From: Sphagnum compactum
Lineage: Eukaryota
Length of the DNA: 64,000 nt
Assembly: GCA_965153455.1 (NCBI GenBank)
Contig: OZ234493.1
Location: 28,386,213-28,450,212 of the forward strand
Direction of reading: 5' to 3'
The notes below the pieces were generated by a model. It saw nothing but the letters and a program-made list of their open reading frames with translations, made no database searches and was not told the origin of the DNA. Shown one piece after another: positions 1 through 13,791 of this stretch (position 1 is its first letter; every line of letters starts with the position of its first letter). The translations under genes were made by a program, and so were the position numbers.

Positions 1-3000
1 TTTATTTTTCAAAATTCATACCACCTTGGTATTGGTATTGGACCTTTTGTAGGTCCGGATATTAGGGTTCAAGGCTGATTGTTGGCTGGTATATGAGTCC
101 ACTACATACTTGATATTGAGATTGGTACAACCCTTGTATGAAGTTGGCATTACCTCTGGTCCCCCCCACCACGCAAGTACTGGTACGAGGCTGGTCTTAC
201 CTCACGTCCCTACAAGGTATTACACTGGTATTACCTTGTACTGACTAAGCAGGCGCCACTACAAGGTTGGTATTGCCTTAGGTCACACCAGTTTGTTTGC
301 TTCTTTGATACTAAGACCAGAGTCTATATACCGAGGTTCCAGCCCGATGATACCCACCCAAAACTGGTTTCAACTTTCAACTATACTAGCATGCGCTTAC
401 ACTGCTGACTTAGCATCATGCAATGAAATAGCCCCATAATTATCTTCCATCGAATTTAGCTTTATGAACTTCATTAATTTCAAATATTATATGAAATATG
501 ACACATCTCAATGTGTACATATCGATTGAGTTGCATTTATGTAAAGAGTTAAGTCATTAACATACATCAAATGTGGTTAGCCCAAGACTTAAAAGGCTGA
601 ATCCAATAGTATGCCAATGGCCGTGTTTTACTATACAACTCCAAAGGTAATAACTAAACCTAGACCCTAAAACCCTAAACCTAGAAAAAGGAAAAACCTA
701 CTAGAATTCCATGTTATACAAGTTTTGTACCACTTAAGACCCCTTGAATAATAATAGCTTTCAATATCCTATATAGAAAACATAAGGGTTTTTGGAAACA
801 TGATATCACTTCCAAATGGGATTGGCATCATAGATGGTTGAATAAATATTTACCCATGTTTTCCAACATTGCTGTTGACTTGTTTTTATGGAATTCAAAT
901 TTTCATTGGGACAAGTGCATTTCATACACATTTGGTTCAAATGTCAAATTTGGAATGTAAGGTATAATGACCTTAGCCATGTGTACAAGTCATGCAGCGA
1001 CAGCATAGCTATTCCAAAAGATAAACATGAATGTTTGTGTGGCCTCTTAGCCCTCCCTTTCATCAAACTTTTATTTACTAGCAAGATTTTGTCACAAAGA
1101 ATTTTTCAAAAAAAATTAAAAATGAAGTAATCTTGGAGAAAATAATAGTAAACATTGATAGATTTTTACATTTGGTTTTCAATGTGTAGCCATGAATATG
1201 TAAAGTTGATTAAATATTTAATATGTATTTAATTGATTTTGGATTAAACTATTAATTTTGGACTTTTCAAATTTGGTGATTAGGATCAAGTTTTCTGAAC
1301 AAAACATTAAAAATATTTTTTGTTGGAGGATCATTTAATGAGGCAAGAACATTATTAATATTTATTGTAGTATGGTATGGCAGTCCCCAAATTAAAGTTT
1401 ATTTTCAAATTTTCAATCTTCAAATGATCATTTATTAATTTTGAACTTTTCAAAAGTTTGAAATTAATTAAATACATGATAAATTTTATATTTCATATTT
1501 GGTTTGTAATTAGATTTAGCTAAATGTTTTTAAGGATGATCATCATTTTTCATACATCTTCTTAAAGATGATTGCCACTTACGCTGCATTTGTTTTTAAT
1601 TCCAAAAAAAAACACTACCCTTCATCGCTAAAGCCCATCATCTATCAAAAAGTCTATCAAAATATTGACATCACACATGCGAAACCAATCTTTGAATTAA
1701 TTTTTCATATTACATGCAATTATTGAACTAACAAAACCAATTAGACTTGGCACTTAAAGCCAAGTCAAAAAAATTTAAGTTGCATCAAAAAAGTTTTCAC
1801 ACCATCATTCTTTTATACTTTTAAAAAAAAACACTTTTTACTAGTCTTATTTCTCCATACACATGGGTATAAACAAAACGATTTTAACAATTCTAAATAT
1901 ATGGTGGTCTAAAGTATCATATTTTAAAATATTTGAGACCTATTTTATTCGTTCAAATTTATGAGAATAAAAATATAAAATACAATGAAAGATTTTGTTT
2001 ATAATTAGCTCTACTTCATCTTGGGTGATACACTTTACAAATTTTCACCTTAGTCTCACACCCATTTATATGTAATGGTTTTTAATATTCCAACATCTAA
2101 GGTCTATAATAAAATTATTTATAAAAAAATTGGTAACCCGATGCAAAATGGGCTAGTCAAGAAAAAACAAAACACAAGCACAACAAATGTACAATTGGGG
2201 TCTTACAAAGGAAAAAAAGAACAAAGTGAAACTCGATTTTTCACCCAAACCAAGGTTCAAATGAGTTTCACCTTGTGTTTCTTTACATTATTGGGAGTGT
2301 GTTGAATTGTGTGGAAGTCATTACTAAAGGTTTTCAAAGCAAGTGCAAACATATTTGTTAGTTTCTTCCACCAGGGTTAGAGGTTTTGTAATTCTTTGCA
2401 ATTTGCATTTTTTGAACAAGCAAGGTTGCATCTTTAGCAAGGTTCTTTTAGCACAATTTTGTATGTGGGTGCTTCATTGCTTTTTGTTTTTGTGTTTGTA
2501 GTGGAACCAATTAGGTTTTGTGGAGAGTGACATCTTTTGTTTTTTGTTTTTACTTCTCACATGTTTTGCAATTCTTTGCAAATTTTCCAACGAAAGTACA
2601 AGCCCAATTCAATACACAAATGATTAAAAAAAATTTAGGTTCAAATGACAAGTACCACAAAATGTATCAAAACATTGTGAAACATGTAATTTTATTGAAC
2701 TAAAAAATTGAAATTTATATGATTCTAATGAATGTAATGTAATAATCTATTTTTAAAACTATTTAATAAACAATTAAGTAGGTTTTCATGAAATGCAAGT
2801 AGGTTTAAATTCTCTTTTTACAATGTTATTTTTTATAAGAGCAACAGCAAGTAGATTAAAATAATTTCAATATATATATTTTTAAGGGTGAGAGGCATTA
2901 AGCATACCATAGACTTTGTGAAAACATATAATTGGTAAATTATTTATTGACTTTTGGAATGGAAGTAGTTTTTAATATGGATTTCGTAAATTTATTCAAA

Positions 3001-3968
3001 TGTATTTTTATGCAATTTTACATGGCAATTGTTCATCAAACTTTAGATCCACCTTTTTATGATGTAATAAATTGAGTTGGAATGTTTAGTATTGTAATAA
3101 AAAGATATTTTAAATTGTTTTCATGCTTACATGTGAATGCTAGATAATTGACTACACATTGATTATTTTTTTGGTCTAATCAAGATTTGGTAAACAAGGT
3201 TCAATTTCAGAGCAAGTTTTTTGCTTGTGTTTTTAATGGAAACAATTAGGTTTATGGAGAACAATGGTTTTTGTTTTTTTGTTTCTACTCCCCATGCAAG
3301 TTGTGATTCTTTGCAATTTCCAATAAGCGAAGTTGGATTTCAAAGCAAATGAAGTCACATTTCCAACAAGGTTATTCTAGCAAGATTTTGGAACAATAGA
3401 AGTCACATTTTTAGCCAAATTGGAGGACTTTAACCCAAGCAATAACCAAGTTAGTGCCATGGTTTTTTTTTTTGCGTGGGTTCATTCCTTGTTTGGGGTG
3501 TTCACTCCAACTTGGAGGAGTTTATGGATGACCACAAAATAGGCATGAGACCAAAATAAAAGAGGTATAAACACCCAACCAAACAAGGCTAAATCTTAAG
3601 GATAACATTAATATGTAAAGAAAATCATTAATTACCCAATCAAAATTGGTTCAAACATTCAAGCAAATAAATCGTTTAGTGTATGGAGAAAAACTCATAT
3701 TATGCATGGATATGTTACAGTGCCCAATAAATGTGGATTTCATGTTATCAAAAAATGAGACAAAAAGAACATATGTGTATGTTAATTTTACATCACATGA
3801 ATACACAACATATATGTGCATTTGACTATTTTGACTTTAACCCCTAAACACACCATAGAATGAAATGGTCCAATCCCCTTGTCCCAAAGACTCCTATGTG
3901 GAAGTCATAGCATAAAAAATTAACACACCACACAAGTAGGTGGTCCTCATTGAATCCATCCCACACTT

Positions 3969-4281
3969 TGTTAACAAATAGGAGATCTACTCAAGTGCAA
4001 ACATAAAATTTTATTGAAAAGAAACTATAACACGATGCTCACAACACAAAACACAACATCAAGAACTCCTCAAGGTTCTTGTCACAAGAAATACACAAAT
4101 TTGTGTAATGAAGAAAAGAGAGCCAAACCATCAACACCAAGGTATTTAACTACAAAACCACACCACAAATAACCAAACTAAAATAAGTAAAGAAAGTAGT
4201 TCAACCTTGTGAAAGTAACCTAGTTACTTTCTTACTCTAGTAACTAAAGAAACCTAACTAGTTGAGCTTGAATTCTCAACA
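3969..4281 (-). repeat. 3' LTR of copia element
   Basis: Reads TGTTAAC...CTCAACA on +. Matches 9794-10106 with no differences seen by eye. The pol stop codon (4254) lies inside it. Confidence 0.95.
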
Positions 4282-7200
4282 CTCCCCCTCAAGCTCAAAT
4301 CCACTTCTAGTACACCAAACATTTTTCGAAACTTCTTTAGCTTGTCTGTACCTAAAGCCTTTGTGAAAATGTCAACAACTTGATCTTCGGTACTGACATG
4401 AATAAGGTCAATTTCTTTTGCTAGAACTTTTTCTCTAATAAAGTGGTAGTGCACCTCAATGTGCTTTGTCCTAGCATGATAGACCGGGTTGTTAGCAAGT
4501 AGTATGCTACTAATGTTATCACAATAGATGACAACAGGAGCATCCACTGACGGTCCCAAATCTGAAAGTAGTTTTTGTAACCAAATTACTTCACACGCAG
4601 CAATTGCTGCACCTCTGTATTCTGCCTCCGTGCTTGATAATGCAACTGTTGGTTGTTTCTTACTGCTCCAACTAACAGCACCACTCCCAAAAGAAAACAT
4701 GAAACCACTAGTTGATCTTCTATCTGAAACATTGCCAGCCCAATCAGCACCCGTGTATCCATGTACTTGTAACTCGCTCTTGGCTTCATAGAAAATTCCA
4801 CAATGTAAAGTATGTTTTATGTACCTCAATATGCGCCTCACTGCATCCAAATGTGGCTTTCGTGGTGTTTGCATGAATTGACTCACCACTCCAACTGCAT
4901 AACTCAAATCTGGCCTTGTGATGGTCATGTAAATCAAACTCCCCACTATGCGTCTGTACATAGTGGTATCCTCCACGAGGTCTCCTTCATCTGCACTCAA
5001 CTTCACATTTTGCTCCAATGGAATTAAAATGGGTTTACAACCCGTCATCCCATATTCGGACAATTTGTTCAAGGCATATTGCCTTTGTAATAACCATATC
5101 CCTTTAGGGGATTGGATTACCTCAATGCCGAGGAAGTAACGCAACTCTCCCAAATCCTTCATTTCAAACTTTTGCTTCAAAAGCTTCTTCAAATCAGAGA
5201 TGTCTGCATCACTATCTCCTGTGATAATCAAGTCATCAACATAGATGACTATGACTACAATCCCATGATCTGTCTTTTTCACATATAGTGAAAAATCTGC
5301 ATTGGATGTTTGAAATCCACTTGTGACAAGATACTGACCTATCTTGTCTGACCAAGCTCTAGGTGCTTGCTTCAAGCCATACAAAGCTTTCTTCAACCTA
5401 CAAACCAAATTAGGATGTGTTTGGTCCACATAACCTAGTGGTTGTTCCATGTACACTTCTTCCTGTAAATCTCCATGAAGAAAAGCATTCTTTACATCCA
5501 TTTGATGTAAAGACCATCCTTTTGCTGCTGCCATAGCAATGATTGCTCTTACAGTTGTCATTTTGGCAACTAGACTATAGGTCTCCTCATAGTCTATGCC
5601 ATACGTTTGGGCATAACCTTTGGCAACCAATCTTGCTTTGTATCTGCTCATAGATCCATCTGCATTGTGTTTGACTTTGTACACCCATTTGCACCCAATT
5701 GCTTTCTTGTCTTTTGGTAAAGCTACCAATTCCCAAGTAGCATTCGCACCCAAAGCCGCCATCTCTTCATCCATGGCATTGTCCCACTTAGGATTTCCAA
5801 CCGCTTGTTCAAAACAAGTGGGTTCAACCTCTTGTATAACTCTCACCATGTATGCGTAATGATGAGCTACAAAGCCATCATATGTGAGTCTTTGTACAGG
5901 GTACTTGACTCGTGTGGATCTTCGTACTCCAATGTTGTTGTCAGGTGTTTTCAAAGCTTTCTTGATCATCCGAGCTCCAGGAGTAGTAATTGAGGTGATT
6001 CTTGATTCTTCACCCTCACTCTTCTCTGACTCACTTGATTCACCATCTACATGAAAATTTCTAGATGATGTTTGTGAACTACCATGTACCATGTTTGAAG
6101 ATCTCAATCTTCCTTTCCATGGAGTGCTATTAGACCCACTAATTGAAGACTCTTGTGGTCCACTAATTAATTGTGATTCTTGTTCCACATTTGATGAAAC
6201 ATCACCATTTCTAGCTTCTTCATCTTCTGCTACCTTCAATGGTGAGTACCAACTAGCCATCTCATCAAACACAACATCTCTACTCACTTGCAACTTCCGA
6301 GTGGAAGGGCTAAAACATCTATATCCCTTTTGTTCTGAGGAGTATCCAATGAAGATACATTTCTTAGCTTTTAGGTCTAGTTTTGATCTCTTCTCATCAG
6401 GAACATGCACGTATGCAATGCAACCAAACACTCTGAGGTGTGAAACATCGGGTTTCTTGCCTGTGAATTTTTCTTCAGGTGTCATGCCATGAACTGCCGC
6501 TGTGGGTGTTCGATTCATGATGTAGACTGCAGTTGCTACCGCTTCAGCCCAAAAGTAATTTGGCAAATTCTTCTCATTCAACATGGCACGTGCTATTTCT
6601 GCAATGTGCCTGTTTTTCCTTTCAGCAACTCCATTCTGCTGTGGGGAATAACTACATGAGTACTTCCTTTGAATTCCATGCTCCTTCAAGTACTCACTGA
6701 ATTCATTTGAAAAATACTTTCCCCCTCCATCGGACCTTAAGCACTTGATGCTCACACCTTTCTCCTTCTCCACCATTGCTTTGAAATTCAAAAAATGTTG
6801 AAACACTTCACCTTTGTGTTTCATGAAGTAGACCCACACCTTCCTTGTGTGGTCATCAATGAAACTCACATAGTACTTGCATCCTCCAATGGATTCTGTC
6901 TTCGTGGTCCACACATCTGAGTGGATCATTTCCAAAGGTTTGGAACTTACATGAGTTGTTTGAGCTGGGAAAGGATGCTTAGCTTGCTTCCCCAATTGGC
7001 ATGCTTCACAAACCTCTGACATCACCTCTTCTGCTCCAAATTTGGGAAGACCTCCAACAAGTTTTTGTTTCTCCATGAGCTTAAGACGTTGGAGATTAAC
7101 ATGGCCAACTCGCTTGTGCCAAATTCCAATGTCTCCAGCTCCTTTTCCATGTGTGAATAACATGGAATTCACCTCAGGCATGTTCACATCTAAGGTGAAC

Positions 7201-8557
7201 ATTCGTCCATTCCTTTCCCCTTTTGCAATCAATTTGCCTTGGTTCTTCATGTCTTCCACAAAACATCCATTTGGGTTGAATGTCACCTGTAAACCTTGTT
7301 CCACCATTTGGCCTACAGAGACCAAATTTTTTGTTATGGTTGGAACATGAAGTACATCTTTCAGGTACTTTGTTTGCCCATCTTCCATGAACAATGGCAC
7401 CTTGCCAATTTGTGTGATGGGATGTGTAGTGTCATCACCAGTTTCCACAAACCCTGGTGTCTTCAAATCTTTTGCGTCTCTAAACCATTCTCCATGGCTA
7501 GTCATGTGGTTTGAAGCTCCAGAGTCCACATACCAGACATTGTTGTCTGATACACCTCCTATCATTGAATTTGCCATGTGTTGCATCACAAACAGTTGCT
7601 CATCACCTTGATTGCTTGTTGATGCATAATTCCCTTGTTGCAGCTTTCCATTTCGTGCATCATGCTCCCTTTGATAACAGTTCTTTGCCATGTGCCTAGG
7701 TTTCCCACAGTAATAGCAATTTGAATCGCTATTTGGTTGTTGACCTCGATGACTTCCACCACGACCTCCACGACTTCCTCGACTTCCTTGACTTCCTCTT
7801 CCTCCAAAGTTTCCTCGTCCACCTCCATGAGCTTGACCTTCATGTTGATGATGTCCACCATGCGAGCTTCCGTGTCGACCTCGAAATGAGCTTTTACTAC
7901 CTCTACCTCTACCTCTATTGGTATTTGAGTAGAAATCACTTTCTTGTGATCCTCCATTGGAAGAAGTACCAACAATTCTCATATCTTCACTTATAAGTAG
8001 TGTTATTAAGTCTTGGAAGTTGGGAAATGTTTCCCGAACTGCAATTGAGGTACGGAACTGACTATAGTCTTTTCCAAGTCCATTTAAGGTCATGGCCACT
8101 AAATCTTCATCATCTACAGGGGCTCCTATAGATGCAAGAGCATCTGCAAGGTTTTTCACCTTAGTAGAATAGTCATTGATGTTCATCTTGTTTTTCTGTA
8201 GATATGCAACTCTTGCTTGAGCTGCATTTTTCGGGCTTGTGTATTGGTGCTGTACATCTTCACCAATGTATCCCAAGCTTGCTTAGGTGATTTTGCATCT
8301 TGAATATGCACAATCATGGAATCAAACACACTCACAGAAAGCCAATACAAGACTTTCCTTGCTTTTTCATGCCAAGTTTTATTGGCTTGAATTTGTTGTT
8401 GTGTGGGGTTTTCTAGGAGAGGAGGTTCTTTTTCATCACTAGTTATGAATTCCCAATAGCCTTTCCCCATCAAGAAATTCATAATCCTAAATTTCCACAC
8501 TTGGAAATTGTTCTTGTCTAGTTTCTCAATTGCAATTTGAGAAAGACCGTCCGCCAT
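4254..8557 (-). pseudogene. Copia gag-pol polyprotein with a frameshift near 8203 and an RNase H Asp-to-Gly change
   Basis: ORF 8183-8557 (KLDKNNFQVWKFRI...KQELH) continues in another frame into ORF 4254-8276 (LQKNKMNINDY...). Motifs: decayed CCHC knuckle, PR WYVDSGAS, GAG-pre-integrase WHKRVGH..CEAC, INT HSDVW/SDGG/NGVAER, RT YVDD, and RH GYTGADWAG (normally GYxDADWAG). Confidence 0.93.
4282..4290 (-). promoter_or_regulatory. Polypurine tract of copia element
   Basis: GAGGGGGAG on the minus strand directly abuts the 3' LTR. Confidence 0.85.
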
Positions 8558-8969
8558 CTCTCAAGGCACTACTCAATGTCTTCTTGGGGTTTCAAAATGA
8601 TTTTAATTCCTTCCTTGGATTTCTAGGGTTAGGGTTAGGGTTTTCCTTCCTTAGGTTTCTAGGATTAGGGTTAGGGTTAGGGCTGAACAAGATAGACCTT
8701 GCATATGTATGTATGTCTTGAGTATTATACGAAATTCTATACTATACATAGGCTTTACGTATAGGTACGTATCTCGTATAATATTTCGTATGGTATTAAG
8801 TACATGATTACATACCACACTTTTGTACGAAGGTCTTGATAATGTATTTGCGCTTCCCAATCTTCAAACTCCTTCCTTCAAGTTCTCCCAAGTTGTATTT
8901 GCTCCACTTCAACACTTTGCTTTGGTGTCTTCTCAAAACAAACTTTTGTCACAGCAACTTTGCAAAGCT

Positions 8970-9573
8970 CCTCCACTCACATATGACCTTGGATCGTTCT
9001 GAAATTTTGGTGAAACATAAAAAGCTATGTCTACTATCATCTCTCAAAATTTCAGCTCATTTAATCTCATAAAATGAGAGATCTTGCTACTTCCTTGAAG
9101 TCACCTCAAACTGGGACCTGAACACAAAATGACTTACAACTCACTTTCAGCAACTCCAAAATCCTTGAGATTTTGAGAGACACATAAGATATATGTCTTC
9201 TATATCTGGTCAAAATTTCAGCTCTATTGATGATGACTACAAAGAGATATCACTTTCAAAAGAAACTGACTTCAAAATTGAGACTGAAACTTTAGATGCT
9301 TAGATCTCTCTCAATACAAATTCAAATGAGATGAAATTTCTCTCACACATATATTCCTATATGATCTATAAGATCCCAAAGCTGCAGATCCAAAAGAACT
9401 CAAACAAAGGAGATATGACCAAAAAACCAGATCTGATATAGAATCTTCAAAAGCTCATAACTCTCACAAAACAAATCCTTTTCACTTGAAATTTTGAGAA
9501 TAGAAGCGTCTTATAGTCTTCTATAACCTCTCCAAGTTTCACTCCAAGATCTTTTCACAGTAGCTCTAGATCT
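8970..9573. repeat. Four-copy array of a ~115-bp spaced palindromic motif in the copia leader
   Basis: TGA(A/G)ATTT at 9000, 9166, 9332 and 9487 is each matched by an inverted (A/C)AATTTCA-like half-site ending 54 bp later (9054, 9220, 9386, 9541). CTAT sits at a constant offset. Confidence 0.75.
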
Positions 9574-9780
9574 AGCTTTAAAGATCTGATTTTCACAACT
9601 CTTGATATGTGGATCTCCTCTCACCTCTTTTCTTTTCTTTTCTTTCTCTTCACTTCTTTCCTTTCCCCATTTCTCTTTTGCACTTGACAAACTCCTATGA
9701 TATTACTAGAGACTCTCAAGCTCTAGTTCTAGAGACATTCTAGCTCTAGGTCTCTTTCAACCTTCTCACCAAACAACCTA

Positions 9781-9793
9781 AGCTCTGATACCA
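9781..9793 (-). promoter_or_regulatory. Primer-binding site (tRNA-iMet)
   Basis: TGGTATCAGAGCT on the minus strand immediately follows the 5' LTR. Confidence 0.92.
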
Positions 9794-10106
9794 TGTTAAC
9801 AAATAGGAGATCTACTCAAGTGCAAACATAAAATTTTATTGAAAAGAAACTATAACACGATGCTCACAACACAAAACACAACATCAAGAACTCCTCAAGG
9901 TTCTTGTCACAAGAAATACACAAATTTGTGTAATGAAGAAAAGAGAGCCAAACCATCAACACCAAGGTATTTAACTACAAAACCACACCACAAATAACCA
10001 AACTAAAATAAGTAAAGAAAGTAGTTCAACCTTGTGAAAGTAACCTAGTTACTTTCTTACTCTAGTAACTAAAGAAACCTAACTAGTTGAGCTTGAATTC
10101 TCAACA
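9794..10106 (-). repeat. 5' LTR of copia element
   Basis: 313-bp copy of 3969-4281, followed on the minus strand by the PBS. Confidence 0.95.
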
Positions 10107-13100
10107 ACTCTTGCACTATGAATCAACCTTAAATAGTCCCCTAAATAACCACTAAATACCCTTGAAACTAGCGAATCGTTAGCTAACCTTTTAAGCAGGC
10201 TTTGTTTAATCCTTTACCTAACCTTTAGGTATCCCATAACCTAAGGTAAGCCCACATGTAGCCATAAATAAAATACGAGAGATTTAAAAAAAACTCAAGT
10301 CATCTTTTTCATGTTATTTTCCTTTAATGTATTTCCATCTTGCATTTTGATTGTCATCCTTTAGTTCTAGTGAAACCCAAGGTTCTACTTCAAGGTTTTA
10401 CTAACTTTGCAAATAATTTTATTCTAATTGACATGCATAGAAATTTTGAAAAATTTTAATCAACACAAAGAAATAATTAACTCTAAGAATTACTCTGCTA
10501 ATTTTATAATTTGGACAAGATCTACTATATTAGAAAGATTGATTTGGGAAATATGAGATGTTGCCAATATACACATTTAAATATCTAACTTGCATAATTT
10601 AAACAAACCAAGGAAAAACAAGTAATGATTACTAATAACCATTTGATGATCCACCATTCAAATATTGCTGATTTTGAAAATTAGATATTATTTGATTTAT
10701 GTGATTTAAAACAAGGACCAATGATGTGCAACATTAGAAAATAAGTAAATCTGAATGTTATTAATAAATTATAATTATAGACAGTGAAACAAGTTTAGAA
10801 TTACAAATTTGTGTTGTGGATAAATTGACTTCATGATCAAGTGTGGATTATGTTTAAATAAAAATTATGCGCAATTTGAAAATTTGCAAAAGTTGGATTC
10901 AAAATTTGTTGATAATCAATTAGTGGATAAATCTACTAACAACCAGTTGTTAAGAATGTAATTAACGTTCTTAATAATTGTTCTATTAACAAGAGATGTC
11001 ATGTTCATTATAGTGACATTATGACAACATGTCCATTGTAATATCATTTGCTTGAATTTCCCCATTTGGCATTAGGTTACAACACTACAAGTTATGACTT
11101 TTTTATGGATAACTTTAACGTGTGGGCAAATAAAGACATATATATATATTTCTAGTTCATCCAAATCAATAAATCCTATTCATATTTTTAAAAAAAAGTA
11201 ATGTGAACATGGTTTTTTCTTTCAATTTTGTGGTGTTGACAAAAATTTCCCAAATTTTAACAAATTTTTGTCGAATTCACATTAAAAACTAAAGTTTTGA
11301 AAACAAATTTCCAATTTTTTTGTTGTCACAATGCAAAATTTTGCCAAAGGAAAAATGTTGGATGTGAATGAATGTTATCTATAGTGACAACGTCATCAAA
11401 TGGTATTGTGTAATGTAATGAAACATAATTACTGATAACAACATACCAAAAATTCTTACTATGCACATAAAACAAGTTCAAACTTCAAACCATGCTAAAC
11501 AAACTTTTGAAGAATACAAATCTGGTTTAGTAGCATTTTTAACCCAAACAAGGTTTCTACATACTCAACAAGATGGGGAATGTCATTTTAAACAACAAAT
11601 TGGGGGGTAGACAACGATACCCAATGTTATTGATAAAAATATTAACCATGAAAAACATAGAAGCTTACCTTATTCTGTACATTCAAAGATTCTTCACATT
11701 ATTTGATCAATCACAAAACCATTATAGTTTAAGGTTTGTTCATACTTTGATTTCCTCATTTAACTAATTTCTTTTCTTTTGAATGTATTCAACTCTTAGT
11801 ATAAAGTCGTTTCATCATGTACACACACAAGAGTTTTCAAATGAATCATCCAATCTAAGCCACCTTGTGCCCCTCCCACCCACCTTACAACTTGAAAGTT
11901 ACGATTGTTGCACAACAATTAACCAAATGAAAGGACTATACTTCATTGAAAGGGCAAACACTAACCAATAACAATGAGTTAAATATGGCATTGGGTTTGA
12001 CACAATTATCATACAATATAGTATAATGCCCAACGAAAAATCAAAAATTCATAAATTATACCTACACAATGATCAATGCTTGAAATATATATTTTTAATG
12101 TTATTTTCAAAGGAAAAAAACTAATGCAATGGTTGGAATCCCCCTTTACAACCCAAAGTCTCGAGTTTGAACATTTTTCCGAATTATCTTTTTCATCTAC
12201 AAACGAAATGGATGCAAATAAATTGCCCTTGTGTAAATTTTTGAAATTAGTTGCCCAAGAACAATTGTTTTGAAAAGAACCATGTTCCTCGTGGAGCAAG
12301 GGTTTAAGTTGCCTTAGGGAACAACCATGTTCTTGAAGGAACAAGGGCTTGAGTTGCCTTAGGGAACAACCGTATTCTTGAGGGAGAAAGGGGTTTAAGT
12401 TGCTCCCCAGGGCAACTTAAACTCCTTTTCCACAGGGGGACATGATTGTTTATTGAGGTGATTTAAACCCTTGATTCCCCAAAACAACATGGTTGTTCCC
12501 TAGGGGTCACCATGTGCCTAGGGGAACATGGGATTAACTTCCCCAAAGGACAAGAAAAGTTCCCCAAAAAGACAATTTTCATGAATAGGAAAAATTCCCT
12601 AGGAAAAGGGCAACTTCCTTAAGGAAAGGCCCAAGTTCCCTAGGGAAACATTTGTTCCAAATAATTTTGCAATTGTAATCATTTCATGTTCATTTTTATA
12701 TAAGCTTGCAACCTATCATTGGAAATATTTCAAAGAGAAATACAACTATGTGGTTGGAAACACTTCAATCAAAATTCATTCGAAAAAGTTATGATCACAC
12801 AAAGTTTCGAACACATTTGTTCTATGGGGAACATGTTTGTTTTCCCGAGCAATTTAAGCCCTTGTTCCCTAGGGAGAAAGTTGCCTAAATTGCCCTTGGG
12901 AGCAACCATGTTCCCCCGGGAGCAAATGTGTCCAACATTTTATGCGATTGTAACTTTTTCATATGAATTCCAATTGAAGTGTTTCCAAACTACAACATTG
13001 TAACTCTCCTTGAGGCCTTTCTAATTAGAGTTCACAAGCCTATACAAAAAAGAGCATGAGATGATTATGGTTGCAAAACAATTCGAAGCATATGTTTCTT

Positions 13101-13791
13101 CAAGGAGCTTGGGCCCTTCCTCAGGGAAAGTTCATTGTTCCTTGGGAAAGTTGCATTTTTCCTTGGGAATTTTTTCTTATTCATTCTGCTGAGAGTAGTA
13201 GTGTTCGCAATCGCTGAACAGCAGTAACAACAACCTTGTGCCAAGCATAAACGCCAGCAAGGATAGTTATAAGTTCTTGGTTTTGACTTCTGAGGCCTTT
13301 TTTTTTTTGGAAGGGAGGGATGTAAAAGTAGATGGTGAAAAAAGTAAATTCTCTCTTTCTGGTCTCTTTTTCTCTTCTCTTTTCTTCTGTACTTTAAACC
13401 CTAAACCTCTTTTCTCCTGTTCTCTTTTCTTTCTCTTCTCTTCCTTGAACCTTAAACCTCATCTCTTCTCTTCTCCAAAACTCTTATCTTATCTTCTTCT
13501 TCTCTTCTTTAAACCCTAAACCTGCTTTCATCTCTTCTCTTTCATTTCTTTAAACTGTAAAGCATTGCCTGGATTTTTCCCTTTGTATTTTCAGCTCACT
13601 TACCTGCCTGAAGAAACCTGTTTTCAACAATGCACCAGCGAGGCTGTATTGGGATCTTCTGACCACAGGCCTTTCTCCTATACCAAATTTCTAAATTTTT
13701 TAATGGTTGAAACCCATTTTTTTTTACTTCTCAAGTCCTTTTTAAAAAAGATAGACATTGGTTTAGGGTTTAAGATTTGAAGAACTCCGTG

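Larger units (their letters stand above)
3969..10106 (-). mobile_element. Full-length Ty1/copia LTR retrotransposon (gag-pol disrupted)
   Basis: Two 313-bp TG...CA direct repeats, a tRNA-iMet PBS, a PPT, and copia domain order gag-PR-INT-RT-RH in the ORF. The flanks CACTT/ACTCT are not a clean TSD. Confidence 0.97.
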
